DNA from: Octopus vulgaris
Taxonomy: Eukaryota
Reading direction: 5' to 3'
DNA length: 64,000 nucleotides
Assembly (NCBI GenBank): GCA_951406725.2
Contig: OX597822.1
Coordinates: 117,242,001 to 117,306,000 of the forward strand
In this document: piece after piece, positions 53,902 through 64,000 of the stretch
How the letters are laid out: each line of letters begins with the position of its first letter
How positions within the stretch are numbered: the first letter of the stretch is position 1
Notes under the pieces: model-generated
The model's input: only the letters and a program-made list of their open reading frames with translations
The model's database searches: none
What the model was told of the DNA's origin: nothing
Made by a program: the position numbers and the translations under genes

Positions 53902-55160
53902 GAAGGCTAACTGGGAAGATAGTTTGTGTGTGTGGCAAATGCTCAGGAGCAATAAACACTGAAAATGTGCAGAAAACAGCTTCCGTCATATGCCAGAGGG
54001 AGAAATCTACAAGTAGTTGATAGCTTCTGTTACCTAGGTGACCAAGTTAGTAGTGGGGGTGGATGTTCTGAGAGTGTAGCTGCTAGAATAAGAATAGCCT
54101 GGGCAAAGTTCAGAGAGCTCCTACCTCTGCTGGTGACAAAAGGCCTCTCACTCAGAATAAAAGGTAGACTGTATGATGCATGTGTACGAATAGCCATGCT
54201 ACATGGCAGTAAAACATGGGCTGTGACTGCTGAGGACATGCGTAAGCTTGCAAGGAATGAAGCTAGTATGCTCCACTGGATGTGTAATGTCAGTGTGCAT
54301 ACTCGACAGAGTGTAAGCATCTTGAGAGAAATGTTAGACTCAAGAAGCATCAGATGTGGTGTGAAAGAGAGATGTATTGCAAATGAATGAGGACAGCTGC
54401 GTGAAAAAGTGCCACACCCTAGCAGTAGAGGGAACCTGTGGAAGAGTTAGACCCAGGAAAGCCTGGTATGAGGTGGTGAAGCACAACCTTCAGACATTGG
54501 GCCTAACCGAGGCAATGACAAGTGACCGAGACCTTTGGAGATATGCTGTGCTTGAGAAGATCCGGCAAGCCAAGTGAGACCATAACCGTGACCTATGGCA
54601 GTGCAGCATTACCAGCCCATTTAAGAGTACCCTTCAATCATTGGGTAATAAACTGTGCTTGTGAAGACCTGTTGAGGCAAGTGAAGTCATTGTTGTGGCC
54701 GATGACAGTACCGCCTGATTGGCATCCATGCCAATGGCATGTTAAAAGCACCATTCGAGCGTGATTATTGCCAGTGTCGCCTGACTGGCTCCTGTGCTAG
54801 TGGCACGTAAAAAGCCCTGTCCAAGCATGATCATTGCCAGCATCACCTGACTGGCCCTTGTGCTGGTGGCACATAAAAAGCACCAGTCGAGCGTGGTTTT
54901 TGCTAGTGTCGCCTGACTGGTTCCTGTGCCGGTGGTATGTAAAAAGCACCATTTGAGCATGGTTGATGCCAGTACTACCTGACTGGCCCTCGTGCTGGTG
55001 GCACATAAAAAGCATCCACTACACTCTGCGAGAGGTTGGCATTAGGAAGAGCATCCACATCAGATTGGAGCCTGGTGCAGCCTTCTGGTACATTAGCTCT
55101 CAGTCAAACTGTCCAACCCATGCCAGCATGGAAAGTGGACGTTAAATGACGATGATGATG
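53900..55160 (+). mobile_element. 5'-truncated RTE-clade LINE (RT C-terminus, ~60-bp tandem 3'UTR repeats, (GAT)n tail)
   Basis: VDSFCYLG...ARIRIAWAKFREL...RLYDACVR..MLHGS.TW and GRPRK-like motifs, frameshifted. Ends ccatgccagcatggaaagtggacgttaaatgacgatgatgat. Confidence 0.88.
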
Positions 55161-55763
55161 ATATAACAGCAAATTGATGGAATTTAGAGAATGTAAATCA
55201 GATCTGTTTGTCTTTCTCTTTTAAAAGAAATCTGATTGCATCATAGCCCAGTGCATCAATAATAATAATAATAATAATCCTTTCTATAGGCACAAGGCCT
55301 GAAATTTGAGGTGGGGGGACTAGCCGATTACATTGATCCAAGTGTTTCACTGGTGCTTAATTTATAGATCCTGAAAGGCAAAGTTGACCTCGGCAGAATT
55401 TGAACTCAGAACGTAAAGACAGCTAAAATGTCACTAAGCATTTTGCCTGGCATGCTAATGATTCAGCCAGCTCACTGCCTTAATAATAATAATAATAACA
55501 ATAATAATAATGGTCTGTTCTACTATAGGCACAAAACCTGAAATTTTGGGAGAAGGGGCCAGTTGATTACATTGATCCCTTTGTCCAACTGGTACTTATT
55601 TTATCAAATCTGAAAGGATGAAAGGCAAAGTCAACCTTGGCAGAATTTGAGCTCAGAATGTAGTAAAGACAAATGAAAAACCACTGAGCATTTCGTCTAG
55701 CATGCTAAACACTTCTGCCAGCTCACCACTTTAGGTACAAATGCAAACATATTCAAGTGAACA

Positions 55764-55925
55764 GGCGCAGGAGTGGCTGTGTGGTAAGTAGCTTGTCTAC
55801 CAACCACATGGTTCCGGGTTCAGTCCCACTGCGTAGCACCTTGGGCAAGTGTCTTCTACTATAGCCTCGGGCCGACCGAAACTTTGTGAGTGGATTTGGT
55901 AGACGGAAACTGAAAGAAGCCCGTC

Positions 55926-55966
<41 letters not shown>

Positions 55967-56178
55967 TGTGTGCGTTTGTGTGTCTGTGTTTATCCCCCTA
56001 GCATTGCTTGACAACCGATGCTGGTGTGTTTATGTCCCTGTTACTTAGCAGTTCGGCAAAAGAGACCGATAGAATAGGTACTGGGCTTACAAAAGAATAA
56101 GTCCCGGGGTCGAGTTGCTCGATTAAAGGCAGTGCTCCAGCATGGCCGCAGTCAAATGACTGAAACAAGTAAAAGAGT
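55764..56178 (+). mobile_element. tRNA-derived SINE with internal (TA)n/(TG)n; related copies at ~50041-50880, ~7513-7918(-), ~59075-59440
   Basis: Pol III A/B-box-like head (GTGGCTGTGTGGT...GGTTCAGTCCC), CORE-like CTTGGGCAAGTG, and tail GAAACAAGTAAAAGAGTA. Confidence 0.8.
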
Positions 56179-56510
56179 ATATAGGCAGGATGCAACAAAA
56201 GCTGTAAGTTTTGTCAAGTTAGTCACAAATGTATTCCCCCCCTCCCAACCTTTAGACAAGACATTCATCCCCACTGGACAGCTGACCCCTTCAAAAGTGC
56301 ATGACATTTTTTTCTCCTGACCCCTAGAAGAATGATGTATCTATTATGTTTGGAATTGATTTTTATTTTTAGAGGTGTAGCTATATTCTGGTTCTAGAGT
56401 CTCCCTCTGCATGAATACCAAAGGCAATTCTTCCCAAGGCTGGTATTATCAATAGCTTGAGCAATGAAGTGATGTCTATGTATGAATTTGTGTATGAGCA
56501 TATATATATA

Positions 56511-56560
<50 letters not shown>

Positions 56561-57950
56561 GGGTGGGTCTGTTAATATGTGCTTATGTACTTAGCTGCAT
56601 GGTTAAGAAGTTCTATTGATTATATGACTTTTTGGTTGAGTACCACTAATAGCACCTTGAGCAAGTGTCTTTTACAATTGCCAGACCAATTAATACCCTA
56701 CAAGAGAATATGATAGATGGAAACTGTGTGCCAGCCTACTGTGTGTGTGTGTGTGTGTGTGTGTTCATCTTGATAATTGGTGTTGGTTTGTTTCTGTCCC
56801 TGTCACCTAGGGTTCAGCAAAAGGAACTAATAAAATAAGTGCCAAACTTAAACAGAATAAGTGGGGTCAAATTGATTGACTAAACCCTTCAATGCGAAGC
56901 CCCACCGTGGTGGTAGCCTGAAACAAGTGAAAGAATAAAAAGAATGTGCGTGTGTTTGTGTGTGTATACATACCTATCTTCATGTATATGTATACCTACA
57001 TATATACACGTATATGTGTAAATGTACATGTGTAAGCATTCATACGTATGCATCCCAGCATACATGTCTGTGTGTGTGTGTGTGTATATATATACATACA
57101 CACACATCTACACACATAACCAAATATACATATACGTGCATATGTATATATGTATTGTTTACAAATAATGGTATATTTTAGTTCCATATTTCTTTGATAT
57201 TCAGTCACACCAGAGAAAATGTGATGAAACAAATTTACAAGAAAAAAGAAAATCATATTTTAAACAATATTACATTTTTCAAAAATCTTTGAATTATTCC
57301 CAAGTAATAGAGTAGCAAAATGGAATTTTATTTAAATGCATGAAATATTTGGAAACCCCCCCCCCCAGAAAACAATGTATTAAAGGTACTGTTTATATAT
57401 ATATGTGGGGGGGAGTCCACTTATTTGATGTGCAGTACATTATCTCATCTGTACAACATACTGCACATAATTGCGTATATATATATAAGTATGTGTATTC
57501 AACTGCAGTGATTGAACAATCATATTGATTTATAGACAATTTCTAGTTATTTGTGTAAAACAACATATTTACAAGGTTTTGGCTCAGGTTCCTTATTATA
57601 TTCTGCCATCAATAAGTGGAGAATGTTTGTTCATTATATTGTGCTTCTGCTTACAGTAATTAAATACTCCTATTTAATTACAGCTGGGCCGGCAAGTGCA
57701 ATGAGAGTAAGATATGACGACCATGGATACCGCAGAAAGCTATTATTGACAGGATTTGAATCAGAAATCCATTCAGCTGGTAGAATAACGCCCATCTATT
57801 ACCTCTGATTATCTGTGCAAATGCTTTTGTTGTTGTTATGGAGATTCAATGCTACAAATTAAGTTGAATTCACAGAATGGCTTCAACTCAAATTGACAAA
57901 AGATTTGAAACTTCTGAGAAAAACTTGAACATGAAGACTGTGCCGCAAAC

Positions 57951-58072
57951 ATGTTTGGTAGAATAGTCTGCATTCTGTTCAGTATATGGCTCCATACCGA
58001 AAAAGCTGCTCCACTGGAACCAGCTGTACAGGTCAATAACACCAATGCTAAGCTATACCATGTAATACAGGG
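57951..58072 (+). CDS. Candidate first coding exon of an unknown secreted protein
   Basis: caaacATG context with in-frame upstream stops. Encodes MFGRIVCILFSIWLHTEKAAPLEPAVQ...VIQG (signal-peptide-like). Donor GG|gtattt, phase 2. Confidence 0.4.
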
Positions 58073-58213
58073 GTATTTTATGATATACACATCAGAGATT
58101 AAGACTAGAGACACTAGAGGATGGGGGAGGGGGGTAATAAGGTTTTTAAATAAAACATAATACAACAAACAATGCAGCCAGTTGCATTCAGGTGGAATAA
58201 GATTACATTTCAG

Positions 58214-58262
58214 ACATTACGAGCCAGGTCCTGGCCAGGCTACGCAAAACATCGTTAATCAG
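58214..58262 (+). CDS. Candidate second coding exon of the same gene
   Basis: Acceptor tacatttcag| and donor CAG|gtaggg. Phase 2 to 0 keeps the frame open (G-HYEPGPGQATQNIVNQ). Confidence 0.4.
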
Positions 58263-60056
58263 GTAGGGTTTATTAAATACATGACAAGGAATTGTAATTG
58301 TTTTACTTTTAAAAATATTATTTTGTCAACACCTCATAAGTCAAGAGTAAACTGATAAAACTTAAAATGAAAAGTGAGAAGGAGGAGAGAGAGGAGAGGA
58401 GAGAGAGAGAGAGAGGAGAGGAGAGAGGATAAGATGTAATAATTGTGAGTTATAAGTTTAGTTGGAATAAAGTGTGAAGATGTTAGGAAATTGGACCAAA
58501 ATTCTGAAACTAGAAAGGAATGTTGAACAAGAAGTAGCACTGAAGATTTCAGAAAAACAATTGCTTCTAATTTAGGTACAAGGCCAGCAGTTTATGGAAT
58601 GGGGGAGGGAATGTTAATCAATATCATCAAGCCTAGTACATGACTAGTATTTTATTTTATCCACCCCTGAAAGAATGAAAAGCAAAGTTGACTTCAGCAG
58701 GATTTGAACTCTGAATGTGAAGAACCAGTTTAAATACCGTAAAGTATCTTGTTTCAACAAGTGAATGACTCTGCCAACTCACCATCTTTATTTCAGATAA
58801 ATAATGATTCCTGACCAAACACAGCAACACTCACACAATGACAAATACCCCAAATACAACAGACACAATTTTTGTAGTAAAGAAGGAATTATTAAGGTCA
58901 ATGCTGCCCTAAGGTAACCAATCATACCTAAACAGGTAGAAGCAGAAACATAGTATGTTAATCGGTCACCCTATACAATTGGTACTTTTCAAACATGTTT
59001 TTCACTCACATTTGGTGCACTTTGCACATTAACTTAATAATAAAGGCATTTAGAAAATTATATATTTAGGTGCAGGCATGGTTGCTTCCCAACCACATGG
59101 TTCTGGGTTCAATCCCACTGTGTAGCATCTTGGGTAAGTGCCTTCCACTATAACCTTGGGCTGTCCAAAGCCTTGAGAGATTTGGTGGACAGAAACTGAA
59201 AAGAAGACCACCGTGTGTGTATGTGTGTGTGTGTGAGTGTGCATCTGTCTGTGTTTCTGTGCTTGTTTCCCATCACCACCTGACAACCTATGTTGGTGTG
59301 TTGACATCCCTGTAACTTGGCAGTTCTGCAAAGGAGGCTGATAAAATAAGTACAGGAGTTGATTTGTTTAACTAAACTACTTCAAGGCAGTGCCCCAGTA
59401 TGGTCAGAGTGTAATGACTGAAACCAGTAAGAGATAAAAGACATTTCTTTGTTTTAACCTATAAATAATGGATAATAATGAGCAACTATTCAATCCAGCT
59501 TCGATATCACAATTTCATTTTTGGAATTTCAGTCAGCATTTCTCATATATTGTAAACAGACCTGAAAGCGTTCATCTTTTTAAAATCTTTATAATTTGTT
59601 ACCTAAGACCAGCAAATTGGCAAAGTCAGTGGAGCATCAGACAGAATACTCTGTGGTGTTTATTCTGATGCTCTGTACTCAGAATTCAAATCCATTTAAG
59701 GTCAAATTACCTCCACTCCAGAATTCCCGACCCACTTGACTCTTTCTCTCATATCCACTCCACCAGGCCTTGCACACATTTCTGTACTCAATTCTTCTTT
59801 ATCAGTGTAAATCCCCTCCCCCACTCACCTAGATTCTCCTCTCTCCTCAAGTCTCCCCCCCCCCACATACACACACTAACTACAAATGATCGAAAAGACA
59901 ACCAGGCAAGATTCAGTAAGGGACATGGGAAACTCAGAGTAGCAACAGAGAGTATCTCAGCACTATACAGATACATACCTACATATATTTCCTTATATAT
60001 ATACACACACACACATACACGTATGTATATAATGTATAAGCATGTATGTATGTATA

Positions 60057-60274
60057 CAAGGGGATGCCGAAAAGTTCCTGGCTTTAAGGGTCTCGTGAAA
60101 GGCCAGGTTGGAGGCCCAACCTTCTGAGTTCTTTTAGAAGGCTTAAGAAAAACTGAAGGACCACAGCAATAAGTATGTGAATGTGAGAGGGGAATATGTT
60201 GGATAAAATCATAATTAACTGATCCTCCCGTATTTTCTTTTAGCCAAAACCAGGAACTTTGCAGTACCCCCTCA
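60057..60274. mobile_element. Mariner-type MITE
   Basis: TA-flanked imperfect TIRs: CAAGGGGATGCCGAAAAGTTCCTGG and CCAGGAACTTTGCAGTACCCCCTCA. Confidence 0.65.
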
Positions 60275-60288
60275 TATATATGTATGTG

Positions 60289-60343
<55 letters not shown>

Positions 60344-60475
60344 GTATACATACATACACACATATGTATACATATATACATACACACACATGTATACATA
60401 CATACACACACATATGTATACATACATACATATACACACACACACATATGTATACATACACACACACACACATAC

Positions 60476-60714
60476 ATATATATTTTCATTTAGAGATTGT
60501 AGGCCCCTTCATCCGACCATATAAAAGAATTTAAATTTAAATACTTACTACTTATCTCGGCTACACGTTCCAGCAAAACACGGCGTGGTTAAGGAACCGG
60601 AAAATGAACCTCAAGAAAGACGTGTAGCCAAGACATAAGGAGTAAGTATTTAAATTTAAATTTTTTTATATGGTGGGATGGAGGGGACTACTATCTCTAA
60701 ATGAAAATATATAT
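60476..60714. repeat. Long inverted repeat (~90-bp arms)
   Basis: atattttcatttagaga...ggctacacgt pairs with acgtgtagcc...tctctaaatgaaaatat. Confidence 0.85.
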
Positions 60715-62232
60715 TTCTTCATTGAGAATAATTTGAACCCTTGTTATGCCGGAATTTTTATTCCCTAACAAATAAAATTTAATAAATATATACATGCATA
60801 TAAACATACACATATGCAGATATACACACATCATCATTCAACATCCATCCTTCATGTGCCAATATCTACCTTGGCATGGCTTCTACGGCTGGATACATTT
60901 CCTAATGCCAGACACTTTAGAATGTCTCAGGTGGTTTTTATACCGAAACAGCGCCAGTGAGGTTGCCATGCAAGTCACAAGAAGACTAAAGATCTCCATC
61001 ATCTGAGTGAAAGCATAAGAGAGAGAGATGCAGCTTCGTGCTGCATATCAAGAGGTTGAAATATGAAAGAAGAGTCAGCAACAAGTTCTTTGGAGATACA
61101 GGGAAACCCCACAATAAATAATAAAAGTCAGTAGGAATAAATGGGAGGAAGCTGCTGAGAGGAGCCATGAGAAATGGTTCTGTATTATGAGAGGCAAGAA
61201 TTTTGAAATAAATAAGACATTAGGTGGCAAGCAGGCAAAATCTTACAAAAGGTTTAGCGCCAATCTTCTGACTCCTTACGTTTAAAGATCAAATCCCTAA
61301 GCAGTTATATATCAAAATAAGTGATGAGGTGTCAGAGCATACCCTCAAAGTGCAAGGAGGTAAATAGAAGAGAGAGAAACAATGGAAATAATGATGATGA
61401 TATTCTGAGCTGCGAAGAATTTCTTTTACTTATCGGACTTTTGTGTTAAGCATTGCTCATGCTTTACAACAGACAAGCTGAGAATACTGATACACAAGTC
61501 CAAGGGTCGACTTGTTTGACTGAAATTCTTCAAGATGGTGCCCCAGTATGGCCATAGTCTAATGACCGAGACCAGTAAGAGATAAAAGACATTTATTTGT
61601 TTTAGCCTATAAATAATGGATAATTATGAACCACCGTGTTCTTTATTCAATAAAACATTGATACGACGACTTCACATTTAAAATTTTAGTTGGCATTTCT
61701 AATATCTTTTAAAATACACCTGAAAGTGTTCGTTTGTTTAAAATCGTTTTAGGCACAAGGCCAGCAATTTGAGGGAGGGGATAAGTTGATTACATTGACC
61801 CCCAACAGGTACTTATTTTACAGACTCAAAAAGGGCGAAAGGGTTGACCACTGTGGAATTTGATCTCAGAACTTAAAGACAGATGAAAAGTGCTGCAAAC
61901 AATTCTGCCTGGTTGTCACCTTTTTACACATGAAATACTCGTGGTTGCTTAGTTGTTATGAAAAAGAAAATTATACATAAAATTTATAATGAAAAATTAT
62001 GGGAAAAAAATATTGAGGAAATAGAGAAAGGAAGTGGGTGTATACATGTGTGTGTATATGTTCCAGTCCAAATATCCATATCTGAAGCTAAATATGTAAA
62101 GTTAATGCATGTTAGCGCCTACATGTTAATGTCTGTTGCATTAGTGTGGTGATGATTTCAGATTTAAGTTTATGTGTTTATGGAGGGAGATTATATTTGT
62201 TGTACAAGTTTGTAGAAGTGTGCATGCATGTC

Positions 62233-62267
<35 letters not shown>

Positions 62268-62798
62268 TTATGTATGCATGTATATACGTATATTAGGGCC
62301 CCACATTGCATTATCAATGACTAATTTCAATGAGTCTTTCTAGCAATGGGTTTGCTTGTATATGAGAAAGCAGCCACTATGTATGTATGTATGGTTTCTC
62401 TTTTGGGGCAAATGCATATATATTGCTCAGAGAGTGGATTCAGCTTTTCTTCACTTTAAAAAGCTTTGAGTTTAGACATTGCTTGATTTTTAACATCTCT
62501 ATTATGTGTTGTATACTATGCTTGGTCACAGACAAGAAAGGCAACAAAATGCTCAATGAAAAATTTCATGGAATGAAGACATGTGGTTAAAAATGGGTGG
62601 TAACTCTCTAAACACTGGCTGCAAGAGGCAACCATCACAGCCAAGTCTGTGCAAGAAATGTGTAGGTTGCTAGCAAGACTGAAAAACCCCATCTGTTGCA
62701 CTCATGTTTAAGAGAACAATCAAGCAAAGGGACTGCTTGAAATTGAGTTGCAACCATCATGCATGCATGTATATGTATGTATGTATGTACGTATGTAC

Positions 62799-62836
<38 letters not shown>

Positions 62837-62859
62837 ATGTGGATGTGTGTGTAAAAAAT

Positions 62860-63040
62860 TACAAAATGGGACAAGAACGCAAAACATCCAGATAGACGAT
62901 ACAAAAAACACAGATGGGTCATTTGAAGCCTTTAATCCTCAGTCAAGAAACGGATCATCCTAGATTAAAGGCTTCGAATGACCCATCCATGTTTTCTGTA
63001 TCGTCTATCTGGATGTTTTGCGTTCTTGTCCTATTTTGTA
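62860..63040. repeat. Long inverted repeat (~78-bp arms), related to the non-folded fragment at ~50265-50400
   Basis: tacaaaatgggacaagaacgcaaaacatccagatagacgatac...gaagcctttaatc pairs with its reverse complement at 62963-63040. Confidence 0.85.
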
Positions 63041-63047
63041 TTTCTTA

Positions 63048-63084
63048 ATATATATATATATATAGCGGCATACGTACACTTAGT

Positions 63085-63124
<40 letters not shown>

Positions 63125-63143
63125 CGGCATACGTACACTTAGT

Positions 63144-63187
<44 letters not shown>

Positions 63188-63206
63188 CGGCATACATACA
63201 CTTAGT

Positions 63207-63254
<48 letters not shown>

Positions 63255-63290
63255 GTACACTTAGTTCTCTCATATATATATATATATATA
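63048..63290. repeat. Minisatellite: (GCGGCAT)ACGTACACTTAGTTCTCTCA units separated by (TA)n, 4 copies
   Basis: Read directly from the sequence. Confidence 0.85.
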
Positions 63291-63378
63291 GTTATTTCGA
63301 TAGTTATTTCGATCTTGGAAGGATGGACTTGGTGATAACTTAACTGTATCTATTTTTATTATTTTTTATTATTATTAC

Positions 63379-63412
<34 letters not shown>

Positions 63413-63720
63413 CACGGACAGGAATTTTATGAAATAATTATTAATTTTTCATCTCCAATGTTCTTTTTTATTAACAAAAATACAGATTATTTTGGGACAA
63501 TTGTTTCGGTATTAATGAATTAATATGTAATATTTACTTACTGTTATATATTTTGTTTTATTTTGTTCTGGTTACCTTCCTTTTTGTACAAATGTGTATT
63601 ATATTATACAAGTGTAGCATTATGATGTATAAGTTTTTATATTTTACTTTTTTATATTTTTATATTTATATGTATATGATTATACAATATTTTTCACTAT
63701 TATAACAAATTTAATTTAAT

Positions 63721-63830
63721 TCTCTGAAGAGGCCGTGGGGCATCTTTGTTAATGCCTCATTTATACCTGCCTTTATGGCTTATAGGTTAAATGAGGTATG
63801 ACTGTCCTCACTGCCGAAACAGCTGTCAGT
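63721..63830 (+). ncRNA. Type I hammerhead ribozyme motif (Penelope-like, minimal stem III)
   Basis: CTGAAGA (63724-63730), stem II GGCCGTGGGGCA/TGTCCTCACTGCC, GAAA, then C-AGCT-G and TC, with cleavage predicted after 63827. Stem I is weak. Confidence 0.65.
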
Positions 63831-64000
63831 TTTGATTTATTTGCATATTGTATTTGTAATTTTTTACTTATATCTCTTTATCTTTTTACTTTTACTATTA
63901 CTGTATATCTCATTTCATTTTATATATTGCCTTTACTCCTATGTAATGGTGTATTAAAGTATGGATTGAGTATCATCGGATAGTTGATGTTTTATTGATT

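Noticed and set aside
59788-60534. Long ORFs rich in C/V/Y/M or H/T/I
   Set aside because: They are translations of (TG)n/(TA)n microsatellites and a MITE.
63048-63290. CRISPR-like short direct repeats with spacers
   Set aside because: The spacers are just (TA)n, the context is eukaryotic and there are no cas genes. It is a minisatellite.

Overview
This is AT-rich, microsatellite-dense eukaryotic DNA. Its SINE and LINE content resembles a coleoid cephalopod, probably Octopus (inference, not verified). The main host gene is on the minus strand and has three exons: 38130-38196, 30809-31051 and 24770-25062. It encodes a 200-aa secreted, probably GPI-anchored, 10-Cys Ly6/uPAR (three-finger, Quiver/Sleepless-like) protein. 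Downstream of it, two nested tandem duplications (~13.9 kb and ~8.13 kb units) have created at least three more exon2(+exon3) cassettes that encode identical peptides but lack exon 1. Upstream lie an intact, very young Ty3/Gypsy LTR retrotransposon (40397-46260) and a solo LTR of another family (46455-47519). The Gypsy element has a 4-bp TSD, a tRNA-Trp PBS and a G_GGA_AAC -1 frameshift site with a predicted pseudoknot. The rest is a TE landscape: non-autonomous Helitrons, MITEs, RTE and Dong/R4 LINE fragments, Penelope-like relics with fold-back hairpins and a hammerhead-ribozyme motif, and tRNA-derived SINEs. The 5' exons of a second secreted-protein gene may lie on the plus strand near 57.95-58.26 kb. 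Most ORFs in the supplied track are spurious microsatellite or TE read-throughs.
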